The notes under the pieces are model-generated. The model was not told the origin of the DNA. It was given only the letters and a program-made list of their open reading frames with translations, and searched no databases. Of a stretch of DNA of 64,000 nt, positions 51,791 through 61,139 are shown one piece after another. Made by a program: the position numbers and the translations under genes. Every line of letters starts with the position of its first letter. The first letter of the stretch is position 1. This DNA comes from an uncultured Phycisphaeraceae bacterium (GTDB lineage Bacteria > Planctomycetota > Phycisphaerae > UBA1845): positions 12,983 to 76,982 of the forward strand of contig CAZMVD010000004.1 of the NCBI GenBank assembly GCA_964569425.1. Reading direction: 5' to 3'.

Positions 51791-54700
51791 ATGGCGCGTA
51801 AACGACTGAACAAGAACGTGGTGGTGGGTCTGACCCTGTTTGGGTTTTTCTGCGCCATTGTGGTCTCAGTGCTCATGCTCCGGCAGTTGCAGAAGAGCGA
51901 TCCTGAACACTTCGTTTCCCTGGCACAACGGTACATCGAGCAGGAGCAGTGGCAACAGGGGGCGGTTTTCTATCTGAAAGCGTGGGAGGTCAGCCAGGAT
52001 CCGCAGTACCTGGTGACTTACGGCGACATGTTGCTGAACGCCGGCGAGGTGGGAGCGGCCCTTTCCGCATGGGAGGAAACGCTGATCAGGCGTCCTACGT
52101 TCCTACCCGCCCACCGCCGCCGGGTGGAGCTGCGTCTGGAGCTGGCACGACTGTATGGACAGTCTCGGGATTGGCGTGCCTTGCTCGAAGCGGCACAGGC
52201 GATGTCGGGGCCGGAAATCGAAAGGAATCCGGGCGACGAGGCGTTGGCACAATATGCAACGGGAATGGCGTTGGCGGGACTGGGTGCCTCGGTCGAAGGG
52301 GGTACGGAACGCGGGATGGCGGCGATCCGCGAATCGGTCCGCCTGGCGCCCGACGAGGTGGATTACGCCCTGGACCTGGCGACGCTTCTGGTAGCGCAGA
52401 GCGACGTGGCCGGCGGCGAATCAATCTACCGGGAGTTAATGGAGCGTTACGAAGGGCCGGGGACCAAAGGGTCCAAGGTGCGGCTGGGCTATGCCCGCCA
52501 CCTGGCGCGCACCCGAGCGCCTCAACACGAGTCCGAAGCGGAGGCTGCAGCGCGCTTCCTGGAAGCCGACGCGCTATATCGGCAGAGCATTACACTTGCC
52601 GGCGAAGACGCGGAGACGCTGTATGACGCGAAGCTGGCATACGCGATGTACCTGAGCGCACGGTGGGCGCGGGCGCGCGCCGCGCAACTGTCGGATGCCG
52701 GCGAGCACTTCTCAAAGGCAGAGCAGATGCTGCAGGACTGTCTTGCCCTGGACGCACTGCGCTTTGACGCTGCGGTGCAATTGGCGTCACTCTACCGGGC
52801 GGCGGAAAAGCAGGATGAAGTCATCGAAATTAGCCGGCAACGGCTGGCTCAGGGCTTTTCGCGAAAAGGGGTGGCGGCGGCGCGAAACAAACTGAGCCTG
52901 TTCCGGCTGCTCATGTTGGCCTCCGATGCGTGCCTGTCGAAGATCGTGGAATTGGACCGCACCAACGGAGCGGCAGACCGGAGCGCCCGGGAGGAATGGC
53001 TGACGCTTGCACGCCAATTGGTGGACGATGCCGCAGGTGAGTTTCCCGGGCATCCGCGCATGCTCAGCCAGTCGGGCCGCGTGAAATTGGCCGCGGGGCG
53101 GGATCGCGATGCCTTGGAGGACCTGCGGCGCGCCGACGAGCTATACACAGGGTCAGGGGTGATTGACTGGGAAAACAAAACCATTCTGGCGCGGCTGCAC
53201 CTGCGGCTCAATGAACCGGGCGCAGCCAAGGCGGTGCTTGAGGCGGCGCGGGAACAGGCCGCCGGACGGGCATCCGCGGGATTCTGGCTGCTGTATGCCC
53301 ACGTGCTTTTTCAGAACGACGAGTTGACCAATCCGGAGTTGAGCCGGGCATTGGCGCAGGTGGCCGCACTGGATCCGGATAACGAGGACGCAAAGCGTCT
53401 GCAGGCCGCAGTGTTCGAGCGGCAGGGCAAGACGCAGCAGGCGCTGGCGCTGACCACTTCGCCGACGTCGACGGCACTGCTGACCGCGCGGGAACAAGCC
53501 ATCGACGGGAATGCCGATGCCGCGGTTGAAACGCTCCGCCACGCGCTGGAATCCGACCCCGCCGAGCCGCGCCTGATCGGCGGCGCGGTGCAGCTCCTGC
53601 TCAGTCTGCAGCGTATGGACGAGGCGCGACAAATCGTGACGGCCGCGCTGGCATTGCGCCCCGACGAAGTCACTTTGAAGGCTTTGGAAGTCGCAACCCG
53701 CGCCGCTCTTACGGAGAACGAACGGCTGGCGGCCTTGCGCGGTTTGATCGAAGCGGAGCCTGACGGATTTCAACGGGCATTGAGCCTGACGGATTTCTAC
53801 ATCCGGGCCGAAGATCTGCACCACGCGCTGGCTTCTGTCAACCAGGCCGAGGCGCATCTCCTGGCCCGCGACACGCCCGCGGCTTTATCCGCCACCCAGG
53901 CGCACCACCGCATGCTCCTGCGAACGAAGTTGCAGCTTGGGGCGCAACTGGAAGATCAGGCGGCGATGAAAGAAGCACGCGACTCCGCCGTCAAGCACAA
54001 TGTCGACGGGGCCGGCGGTCAGGCTATCGTGGGGCAGTATCATCTGTATCGCCAGGAGGTGGAACAGGCGATCCTGGCGCTGCGCACGGCGGTCACGGAG
54101 CAGCCAACCCACACACGGGCGCTGACGTCGCTGGGACAATGCTATCAACTCCAGGGGCGTCCGGAAGAGGCTCGGAGCTGGTACGAGCGCGCCCTGGCGG
54201 TCAATCCGAACGAGCCCCTGGCTCATCGCGGACTCGCCCTGTTGGCGCGCGTCGCCGGGGACGCGGAGTCGTATGAGAAACACCTGGCGGTGTGTGCACA
54301 ACTGATTCCCTTCGATCCCTGGGTTCGCGGCGAGGTGGTCGCGAAGCAGGAACGCCGCGATCCGCGGGGGGCCATCGCCCGGCGGCAGGCGCAGCTTAAG
54401 GAGAACCCCGGCGACGTGGAGAACCTGCAACGATTGGCCGCCCTGTGCGAGGCGGCCAATGAATTGAGTCTGGCGGACGAGTACTACACACAATTGTTGA
54501 CCCTGGCTCCGGACGACCGAAACCGGGTGGTCGAGGCAAGCAAGTACTACCGGCGTACGCGGCGCCCCGCGCGTTCGCTAGAAGTGGTGACGCAATACGC
54601 GAAATCGCGACCGTCGGCGGCGGAGCGGGCCGACGCGCAGATTCTCGTAGCGGCACATCACCTGGCGATGGAAGATCTGGCCGCCGTGGAACAAACACTG

Positions 54701-56380
54701 CTGGGGGCGGCGGACATCGCGGAGACATTCGAGGTCTGTTATAGCCTGGGCGAGTTCTATCTGCGCTCCGTTCAACGGGCAGACGATGCGTTAGGCTGGT
54801 ACGACAAGGCGATGGCGTTGGCGCGGGAGGCTCAATCACCACGGCTGATCACGGTGATGGCGGCCCGCGTCGCCTGTGCGCTCTCGCGGTCGGTGGATGA
54901 CCTTTCGATTGCGCGCCGCCTGGTCGCCGAATTTCGCGCAGCATTTCCGGAAGATCCGCGCGGACACCTGTGGGAGAGCGAACTCTACTCGCGCGAAGGC
55001 CGATTGGATGACGCCGTGGCGTCGCTCTCGCGCTTTCTGGAGCAGCGCCCGGCGGAACCGTATGCGTTGCTGCAACGGGCGCAGCTTCAGGCGGCACAGG
55101 GACGATTGCCGGCGGCGATCGCGGATCTGGAGGCGTTGAAACGCGCCCATCCGCTGGCGTTGGAGCTGGAGCCGCGACTGCTTCTGGCGCGCTGGCAGGA
55201 GCAGAGCGGCCGGCGTGACCTGGCCCTGCGCGAACTGGAATGGCTGGCCGCCGAGGCGCCGAATTCTCCGCGCGCGATCGAGGCACTGGTGGCTGCCTAC
55301 GTGCGCCAGCAGCGATTCACTGACGCAGATCGGATGGTCACGGCGCAGATTAACCGCGCCGCCAACGAACCCGATGCGCGGTGGTTTGGGTTGCGCGGGT
55401 CTGTGTCCCTGAACCAGGAGGAATTCGACAAGGCGCTTCGCGACTTTCGTCGCGCGGCCGAAGTTTCGGGCTACGCGGCCGACCGCGTGGCCGACGTGCT
55501 GGACGTGTACTGGATCGCAGAGCGCTTCGCGGAAGGGTTGGAGTACTGCACCGCGCAGGCCAACGCGGAGCGTGAATCCCCACGGGTGCGTTCTTGTTGT
55601 GCCAAGTTCCTGGCGCGATCAGGGCGCGACGCGGAAGCCGTGGCCGCGTTTCGCGATGCCATGACCCTGGCCATGAGCCAGACTCCGGCCATGGTGCGCG
55701 CTGTGACGGCCAACCTCGTCGCAGCCTGGCCCGATTCCGCGACGGCATTGGCGCTGTTTGAAGTCAATCCGCCCGGCGGATCAGCGGCAAGGGCCAATGA
55801 CCGCATCCTGGTGCGTTTGTACCGCCTGGCGAACCAGATTGAACAGGCACAGGAGCGCATGGAACGGTTGATTAGCTCGGCGACCAGCGATGGGGAGCGG
55901 GCAGAGTTGCTGCTGGAGCAGGGCGAACTGCATCAGGTGCACGGCGACTGGGTAGCCGCGCGCCAGGCGTATGAGGACGTGCTTCGCTATGCGCCGCAGC
56001 ATTGGATGGCGCTGAACAACCTGGCATACATTCTTTCCGACCATTTGGGAGCGCCCCAGCAGGCGTTGCCCTACGCGCGGGCTGCGGTGCGCCTCGTCGA
56101 TTCGGCGGATACGCTCGATACGCTGGGGTGGATCTATGTGAAGCTCGGGAACTTCGCGTCGGCCATCGCCGAATTGAGCCGGTCGGTGCGGCTCAACCCC
56201 GATGCCCCCTTGACTTTTTATCATCTCGCAGAAGCGTATCGCCGCAATCGCCAGTTTGGGCCGGCCGGGGATGTGCTGAGCAACGGTCTGGAAGTGGCGC
56301 GATTGCGCGGCGATGACGCGACATTGGCACTGTTGCTGGCGTCCAAGGAACGCATCGACCGTAACGATGACAAGCCGTAG
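51791..56380 (+). CDS. Giant membrane-anchored TPR-repeat protein, 1529 aa
   Basis: N-terminal TM VVVGLTLFGFFCAIVVSVLML is followed by continuous TPR-like helical hairpins through the C-terminus (e.g. ALNNLAYILSDHLGAPQQALPYARAAVRL, ADTLDTLGWIYVKLGNFASAIAELSRSVRLNP). Confidence 0.85.
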   Translation: MARKRLNKNVVVGLTLFGFFCAIVVSVLMLRQLQKSDPEHFVSLAQRYIEQEQWQQGAVFYLKAWEVSQDPQYLVTYGDMLLNAGEVGAALSAWEETLIRRPTFLPAHRRRVELRLELARLYGQSRDWRALLEAAQAMSGPEIERNPGDEALAQYATGMALAGLGASVEGGTERGMAAIRESVRLAPDEVDYALDLATLLVAQSDVAGGESIYRELMERYEGPGTKGSKVRLGYARHLARTRAPQHESEAEAAARFLEADALYRQSITLAGEDAETLYDAKLAYAMYLSARWARARAAQLSDAGEHFSKAEQMLQDCLALDALRFDAAVQLASLYRAAEKQDEVIEISRQRLAQGFSRKGVAAARNKLSLFRLLMLASDACLSKIVELDRTNGAADRSAREEWLTLARQLVDDAAGEFPGHPRMLSQSGRVKLAAGRDRDALEDLRRADELYTGSGVIDWENKTILARLHLRLNEPGAAKAVLEAAREQAAGRASAGFWLLYAHVLFQNDELTNPELSRALAQVAALDPDNEDAKRLQAAVFERQGKTQQALALTTSPTSTALLTAREQAIDGNADAAVETLRHALESDPAEPRLIGGAVQLLLSLQRMDEARQIVTAALALRPDEVTLKALEVATRAALTENERLAALRGLIEAEPDGFQRALSLTDFYIRAEDLHHALASVNQAEAHLLARDTPAALSATQAHHRMLLRTKLQLGAQLEDQAAMKEARDSAVKHNVDGAGGQAIVGQYHLYRQEVEQAILALRTAVTEQPTHTRALTSLGQCYQLQGRPEEARSWYERALAVNPNEPLAHRGLALLARVAGDAESYEKHLAVCAQLIPFDPWVRGEVVAKQERRDPRGAIARRQAQLKENPGDVENLQRLAALCEAANELSLADEYYTQLLTLAPDDRNRVVEASKYYRRTRRPARSLEVVTQYAKSRPSAAERADAQILVAAHHLAMEDLAAVEQTLLGAADIAETFEVCYSLGEFYLRSVQRADDALGWYDKAMALAREAQSPRLITVMAARVACALSRSVDDLSIARRLVAEFRAAFPEDPRGHLWESELYSREGRLDDAVASLSRFLEQRPAEPYALLQRAQLQAAQGRLPAAIADLEALKRAHPLALELEPRLLLARWQEQSGRRDLALRELEWLAAEAPNSPRAIEALVAAYVRQQRFTDADRMVTAQINRAANEPDARWFGLRGSVSLNQEEFDKALRDFRRAAEVSGYAADRVADVLDVYWIAERFAEGLEYCTAQANAERESPRVRSCCAKFLARSGRDAEAVAAFRDAMTLAMSQTPAMVRAVTANLVAAWPDSATALALFEVNPPGGSAARANDRILVRLYRLANQIEQAQERMERLISSATSDGERAELLLEQGELHQVHGDWVAARQAYEDVLRYAPQHWMALNNLAYILSDHLGAPQQALPYARAAVRLVDSADTLDTLGWIYVKLGNFASAIAELSRSVRLNPDAPLTFYHLAEAYRRNRQFGPAGDVLSNGLEVARLRGDDATLALLLASKERIDRNDDKP

Positions 56381-56431
56381 AGAGAGCAGAGACTTCAAGA
56401 CAGGTGCGGACAACTGGCGAAAGAAAAAGGC

Positions 56432-57070
56432 ATGGAAGATCTGGCGGCGGCACCGGTAAACGATTTTCTGGACGAGGTCGCGGCTCGGCGTCCCACGCCG
56501 GGCGGCGGCGCCGTTGCGGCAACCGCGGGCGCGCTGGCATGCGCCATGGCACGGATGGTCAATGCCTACTCGTTGCGGTCGGATCTGCCCGCGGCGGAGC
56601 GCTTGCAACTGGAGGGAACGGCCGTTGGCCTGCGGCGTGCCGATGAACTGCTGCGCGCGTTGATCACAGAGGACGCCAGGGCGTATGGTCAACTGACGGC
56701 CGCTGCCAGGGCGGCACGCGCGGATGCATCGGCGAATTCGGTTCATCAACAGGCGGTGCTGGGCGCAATCGCCGCGCCCATGCAGATGGCGGCGCTGGCC
56801 GCGGAGGCGCTGGTGCTGATGGATCAACTGAAAGAGTCAGCGAACAGGCACTTGCTCAGCGATTTGGGCGTAGCGGCGGTGCTGGCTGCCGCGGCGGCGC
56901 AGGCGGCCGGATACAGCGTGCAGGTGAATCTACCCTCGTTGAAAGACCAGCGGCAAGCGGAGCGCCTGAAGAAAGAACTGGTCGACATACTGCACCACAC
57001 TGCGGAACGCCGACAGAGAATCGAGGCATTTGTGCTGGGCTTTCTGGACCGCGCGGCGAACGCCGGGTGA
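56432..57070 (+). CDS. Cyclodeaminase/cyclohydrolase-family protein (FtcD C-terminal / FchA-like)
   Basis: FLDEVAARRPTPGGGAVAATAGALACAMARMVNAYS is the characteristic N-terminal motif of the formiminotransferase-cyclodeaminase C-terminal domain family. It is an all-helical 212-aa protein. Confidence 0.85.
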   Translation: MEDLAAAPVNDFLDEVAARRPTPGGGAVAATAGALACAMARMVNAYSLRSDLPAAERLQLEGTAVGLRRADELLRALITEDARAYGQLTAAARAARADASANSVHQQAVLGAIAAPMQMAALAAEALVLMDQLKESANRHLLSDLGVAAVLAAAAAQAAGYSVQVNLPSLKDQRQAERLKKELVDILHHTAERRQRIEAFVLGFLDRAANAG

Positions 57071-57073
57071 TCA

Positions 57074-57334
57074 ATGCAGGAGATGGACGAAACACCCCCC
57101 TATCGACTGGACATTGCCGGTCTTTCGGCCGAGCCCGTCGAAGACCGGGCTTCCGCCGCGACCCCGAAGCGCCCGTGGGTGGGAGTCCGTTTCGACTGCT
57201 GCGGCGTGTACCTGCGAATCTACCGCAACCGCGAGGGTACGGCCTACGAGGGTGCGTGTCCGAAATGCACGCGGCGTGTCCGCTTGAAAGTCGGACCGGA
57301 CGGAACGAGCTCGCGCTTCTTTGTCGCGGAATGA
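57074..57334 (+). CDS. Small Cys-containing (zinc-ribbon-like) hypothetical protein, 86 aa
   Basis: It starts 3 nt after the preceding stop. VGVRFDCCGVYLRIYRNREGTAYEGACPKCTRRVRLKV has a CC...CxxC arrangement. Coding-like codon usage. Confidence 0.5.
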   Translation: MQEMDETPPYRLDIAGLSAEPVEDRASAATPKRPWVGVRFDCCGVYLRIYRNREGTAYEGACPKCTRRVRLKVGPDGTSSRFFVAE

Positions 57335-57522
57335 CCTGTTTCGGGCAGTTTCTATCGATGGCAGGGATGGAGAAAAGCGAACAACGAAGAATCGAAATCG
57401 AACCGGCCGCGCCGATTTCGCAGTCCTCCTGGGCGATGCGACGAAGAAGTGCCAGCGATTCGTTTTCAGCAGAGTTCATGCCGGTGCCGACATGATCCCG
57501 GGCGGGTGCCGGCCACCCGGTT

Positions 57523-58422
57523 TTACTCAACCTCTTCTTCCACATCCGCGGCCGCGTAGCCGGCGAGCTGTGGCGGTGGTGTGATGCCCAGCAGCGCCAG
57601 CGCATCGCGTTCCACGATGCCGCGAAGCTGCTCGCGCGGCACCGGGGGCAGGCCTGTTCCCTGGCAAATGTGGTTGATGTCGTAGAGTTCTTCGATGGCC
57701 TGGGTGGGCGTAGCCAGCGGGAAGCCACTGCCGAGCAGCAGCTTGTCCATCACCCCGGATTGCGAAGCGCCGAGTAACGCCTGATAGGCCATCCAGGGGT
57801 GGCGCGTGATCCCACTGATTTCCGCATACACATGGCGATGCTTGGCCAGCAGGGCGAGCGTCTCGTGCACCCAGGGATAGCCCAGGTGGGCGATGACGAT
57901 TTTCAGGTCGGGCAGTTCGCGGGCCACTTCGTCCAGCAAGACCGGCTGGGCATACTCCAGCTTGGCCGCGGGGGCAAGGAAGACACCGGTATGAAAGAGG
58001 ATCGGCAGGTTCCAGCGTGCCGCCTCGGCGTAGACACGCATGGCCTGGCTGTTGGTCGGGTGAAAGTCCTGGGCCGCGGGCGCGACGGCGAGACCGCGAA
58101 GACCCAGGTCGTTGCGGGCTTCGCGTATGTCGTCCAGCGCTTCGCGCGGCTGACTGGGGTCGATGCCCGCAAAACCAATGAGACGTTCGGAGTAGTTGCG
58201 GACGTGTTCCGCAAGGCGCCGGTTGGGGATCTCAGCCCCCAGGTAATGGCTCTTGAAACCAAGCACGATGGACACGTCCACCGGTTCGGACGCGGAAAGG
58301 TGGCGGGCGGCACCGGATCGGGCGGAATCCCAGGTCTCCTGCCCGCTCTTTCCATTGGCGGGCTGGCAGCGGCCCAATTCGTCGGGGTGCTCCCACGTGT
58401 AGGTGTAACAGTCGATGATCAT
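57523..58422 (-). CDS. Amidohydrolase_2-like TIM-barrel protein with substituted metal ligands, 299 aa
   Basis: The overall pattern matches the amidohydrolase-2 family (IGFAGIDP, LGLRGLAV, PILFHTG, KIVIAHLGYPW, KLLLGSGFP). However the N-terminal H-x-H reads IDCYTYT, and the C-terminal GSD-(F/Y)-P reads GSGFP. Confidence 0.75.
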   Translation of the reverse strand: MIIDCYTYTWEHPDELGRCQPANGKSGQETWDSARSGAARHLSASEPVDVSIVLGFKSHYLGAEIPNRRLAEHVRNYSERLIGFAGIDPSQPREALDDIREARNDLGLRGLAVAPAAQDFHPTNSQAMRVYAEAARWNLPILFHTGVFLAPAAKLEYAQPVLLDEVARELPDLKIVIAHLGYPWVHETLALLAKHRHVYAEISGITRHPWMAYQALLGASQSGVMDKLLLGSGFPLATPTQAIEELYDINHICQGTGLPPVPREQLRGIVERDALALLGITPPPQLAGYAAADVEEEVE

Positions 58423-58649
58423 CAGTCTGGGAGCAGGTGCCCTCCGTGTGGCTCTGGGGTGGAATCATCTCACGCGACCGACGTAACATCCTATCGGAAC
58501 GGGCAGAAACCGGTCAACCAGAGGGGTTTGTTTTCGCCTTGAGCGAAGTTCCCTTGCGTTGCAAGGTCGGGGAAACGCCGATAGAGTCTCGGGCGGGTTC
58601 AGCGTCTGCCAAAGGTGCACGTTGTGCAAAGGTCTCGAGGAGCGCATCC

Positions 58650-59123
58650 ATGTCCGGCAAGAAATCTGCAAACTCCGTTACGCGGATTTCCGAAGCTCGC
58701 CACGGGGAGGACGAGTATTTGCTTCTTCCCGAGGACAACGACCTGTTCGTTCGTACGGGTCGGCAGATCATCGCTGCGTGTCAGTTGGGCATCAGTGTTG
58801 AACTATGGCTGAACGAGCTGTCTGCGGCCATGAAGAAGGCTCACGATTGGGCGAAGGAACGACCAGCGCAGGTTCGATCGTGTTACTGCTCCCCACGCGG
58901 AGGGAGTGTTGTTTTCTTCGTTGCGCCGCAATCCGAGCAGTTTGACTTTGACCTCGCGGATTCGATGGCGGACTTGAATCTCGACTTGCTCAAGACGTTC
59001 AACCTCGGACTGATCGAGGTGCGGCAGATTCCGTGGGCGGAGTTCGATCGATTTGTCGATCCGGAGTCGGGGAAGAGGCTCTATGGCGAACACTTCCAGC
59101 CACCTACGTCAGTGGGCGCATAA
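58650..59123 (+). CDS. Hypothetical protein, 157 aa (first gene of an overlapping pair)
   Basis: ATG at 58650 has a GAGGAG SD 7 nt upstream. The translation is balanced and helix/strand-like (…ISVELWLNELSAAMKKAHDWAKERP…GGSVVFFVAPQSEQFDFDLADSMADLNLDL…). I recognise no family. Confidence 0.5.
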   Translation: MSGKKSANSVTRISEARHGEDEYLLLPEDNDLFVRTGRQIIAACQLGISVELWLNELSAAMKKAHDWAKERPAQVRSCYCSPRGGSVVFFVAPQSEQFDFDLADSMADLNLDLLKTFNLGLIEVRQIPWAEFDRFVDPESGKRLYGEHFQPPTSVGA

Positions 59124-59529
59124 CCGATCGTTCATACCCCTCATCCCTCGTTCCTTCACGGACTGGATCGTCACCGTCACTTTCTATACAGCGCTTCATG
59201 CCATTGATGCCTTGTTGGTTGCGGACAAAGTCCCCGGGATTGTATCGCACGCCGCGCGCAATGACGTGCTGATGCGGACCAACCGTTATGCCAACCTTGC
59301 CAAGCGGTTTCTTCCGCTCTACGACCTGTCACAAACCGTCCGTTGCCTGGCCGATCCGGGAAAGTGGATTCCGTTCGAGTGCGTCGAGCGAGAGGTTTTC
59401 GGGAGGTACCTGTACCCCATCGAGCAATCCGTAAGCCGGTTGCTCAAGTCTTCGGAATTGACAAGCGAGCCGATACGCCTGGACCAAACAGAAAAAAGCA
59501 AGGACACCGTTTCCGGCTCAGGCGGGTAG
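59083..59529 (+). CDS. Hypothetical alpha-helical protein, 148 aa (second gene of an overlapping pair)
   Basis: ATG at 59083 lies 41 nt inside the upstream gene, in another frame. [42 protein letters not shown] is reminiscent of HEPN-type four-helix proteins, but I cannot place a clean R-x(4-6)-H motif. Confidence 0.5.
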   Translation: MANTSSHLRQWAHNRSFIPLIPRSFTDWIVTVTFYTALHAIDALLVADKVPGIVSHAARNDVLMRTNRYANLAKRFLPLYDLSQTVRCLADPGKWIPFECVEREVFGRYLYPIEQSVSRLLKSSELTSEPIRLDQTEKSKDTVSGSGG

Positions 59530-60351
59530 GGGCTGGGTGACCACTCCCTCCCAAGGTGAGCTGGCGGTGGCATACCGTTTTCGGGGAATCCGTCCGGCCA
59601 GAAACGCGCTGCGGCCGGCTTGGCACGCGCTGGCCATGGCCGCAGCCATCAGGACCGGGTCTTTGGCGCCGGCGATGCCGCTATTCAGCAGCACACCGTC
59701 CGCGCCCAGTTCCATGGCGATGGTCACGTCGGACGCGGTTCCCACACCGGCGTCGACGATCACCGGATAATGGGGATCGTTATCCTTCAAGTACTCCAGA
59801 CACAGGCGAATGTTGGCCGGATTGAGAATCCCCTGTCCGGAACCAATGGGCGATCCCAGGGGCATGACGCTGGTGGCGCCAACTTCCTTGAGTCGCCGGG
59901 CGAGGATGGGATCATCATTGGTGTACGCCAGCACCTCAAACCCGCAGGCTACCAGCTCCTCGGTCGCCTGGATGGTGCCGATGGGGTCCGGCAGCAGCGT
60001 TTTCTTGTCGGCGAGGACTTCGACTTTGACCCACTTGCCGCCGGGGTTGCCCAGCCCCTCCAGCAACTCGCGGCTGAGCTTCGCGGAGCGGATGGCATCT
60101 TTTGCGGTAAAGCAACCAGCCGTGTTCGGCAGAATGGTGAAGCGGGACAGATCCAGGTGGTCGAGGATGCTGTCGGCGCGCTTCCCGCCCTCGGCGCGGA
60201 GAACGTCCCGACGAACGGCCACCGTGACGACATCACACCGGGAAGCTTCCAGGGCGGCCGTCATTTGTTCGAAACTGGCGTACTTGCCTGTGCCCACAAA
60301 GAGGCGCGAAGAGAACTCGAACGACCCGACGCGGTAGCGCTCCGCACTCAT
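59518..60351 (-). CDS. thiG: Thiazole synthase ThiG
   Basis: [32 protein letters not shown]...[18 protein letters not shown] and [11 protein letters not shown] are classical ThiG motifs. The start overlaps the thiS stop by 1 nt (TAATG). Confidence 0.96.
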   Translation of the reverse strand: MSAERYRVGSFEFSSRLFVGTGKYASFEQMTAALEASRCDVVTVAVRRDVLRAEGGKRADSILDHLDLSRFTILPNTAGCFTAKDAIRSAKLSRELLEGLGNPGGKWVKVEVLADKKTLLPDPIGTIQATEELVACGFEVLAYTNDDPILARRLKEVGATSVMPLGSPIGSGQGILNPANIRLCLEYLKDNDPHYPVIVDAGVGTASDVTIAMELGADGVLLNSGIAGAKDPVLMAAAMASACQAGRSAFLAGRIPRKRYATASSPWEGVVTQPLPA

Positions 60352-60551
60352 TATCCACCTCCCACAAATGTGACGATTTCAACCCGGTCACCCTCCTGAA
60401 GAACCCGACCGCCAAAGGACATTCGCGGAACGAGTTCTTCGTTGACCTCCACGGCCACACGGATCGGCTCCAGGCACAGGCGACCCAGAAGCACAGCGAG
60501 GGTGGCGCCGCTTTCCACTTGGTCGGGTTGGCCGTTGAGGATAATTTTCAT
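60351..60551 (-). CDS. thiS: Sulfur-carrier protein ThiS
   Basis: This is a 66-aa ubiquitin-fold pattern MKIILNG...[12 protein letters not shown]...[16 protein letters not shown]. It ends with the C-terminal GG and lies immediately upstream of thiG. Confidence 0.88.
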   Translation of the reverse strand: MKIILNGQPDQVESGATLAVLLGRLCLEPIRVAVEVNEELVPRMSFGGRVLQEGDRVEIVTFVGGG

Positions 60552-60584
60552 AGGAATGGCACGAACCGGCGGGGTCGTCGCACC

Positions 60585-60926
60585 TCACCTCGCCATCGCC
60601 AAACGATTGTAGGGCAGGAGGGCCGTGGTTTCAACGGGCTCAAGTTTGTGCGAGAAGATGATGAGCAGATAGACGATGGCAGCAGCAAGCAACGACAGCG
60701 TAATCGCGACCTTGGCCTGGGTCCGCTGGTTGCGGACGTTTGGATCTGTGGCCGCTTCTTTACGAAGGGACCAGAGCACGAGCCCGGCAAGACAAAGGGC
60801 CCCCGGAGCGCCAAACCAAAGGACGAGAACGATGCCGATGTCAGTAAACGTCGTGCGAAAGATCAACATCTCTGCCGCCAGCAACAGCGTTCCGAGGGCA
60901 ATCCACACGGCGGCGAGGGCGAGCAT
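60585..60926 (-). CDS. Small membrane protein (3 predicted TM), 113 aa
   Basis: This is the 3' part of a 398-aa track ORF whose upstream part is antisense to moeA. From the ATG at 60926: MLALAAVWIALGTLLLAAEMLIF...IGIVLVLWFGAPGALCLAGLVLW...VAITLSLLAAAIVYLLIIF. It lies 33 nt upstream of thiS. No SD is seen. Confidence 0.42.
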   Translation of the reverse strand: MLALAAVWIALGTLLLAAEMLIFRTTFTDIGIVLVLWFGAPGALCLAGLVLWSLRKEAATDPNVRNQRTQAKVAITLSLLAAAIVYLLIIFSHKLEPVETTALLPYNRLAMAR

Positions 60927-61139
60927 GAGTGGGTTTCCCGGATCAGTCCTGCAACATCCCTGGGGGGCACGATAGCTTGGGAACCGGTTGTTGAGCAAGC
61001 TGGGTAACACGGATACCCTGACACGTTGCGGGCGAACAGGACGCGGATGAGGATGCCGGTCGCGGCGGCCATTGCCGGTGTGGTTCTGGTCTGTCAGAAC
61101 CCGAAAGGAATGAGCCGTACTGCCCGGTGGGGCGCAAGT

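Noticed and set aside
55781-56827. 348-aa minus-strand ORF across the end of the TPR giant and the cyclodeaminase gene
   Set aside because: It is antisense to two genes with clear family signatures. The translation is Arg/Gln/Pro-rich with no motifs.
60552-61025. TPP riboswitch expected upstream of thiS-thiG
   Set aside because: I found no CTGAGA / ACCTGATCTGGATAATGCCAGCG-type core in the minus-strand reading of this region. A loose ACTGATCCGGGAAACCC is insufficient.
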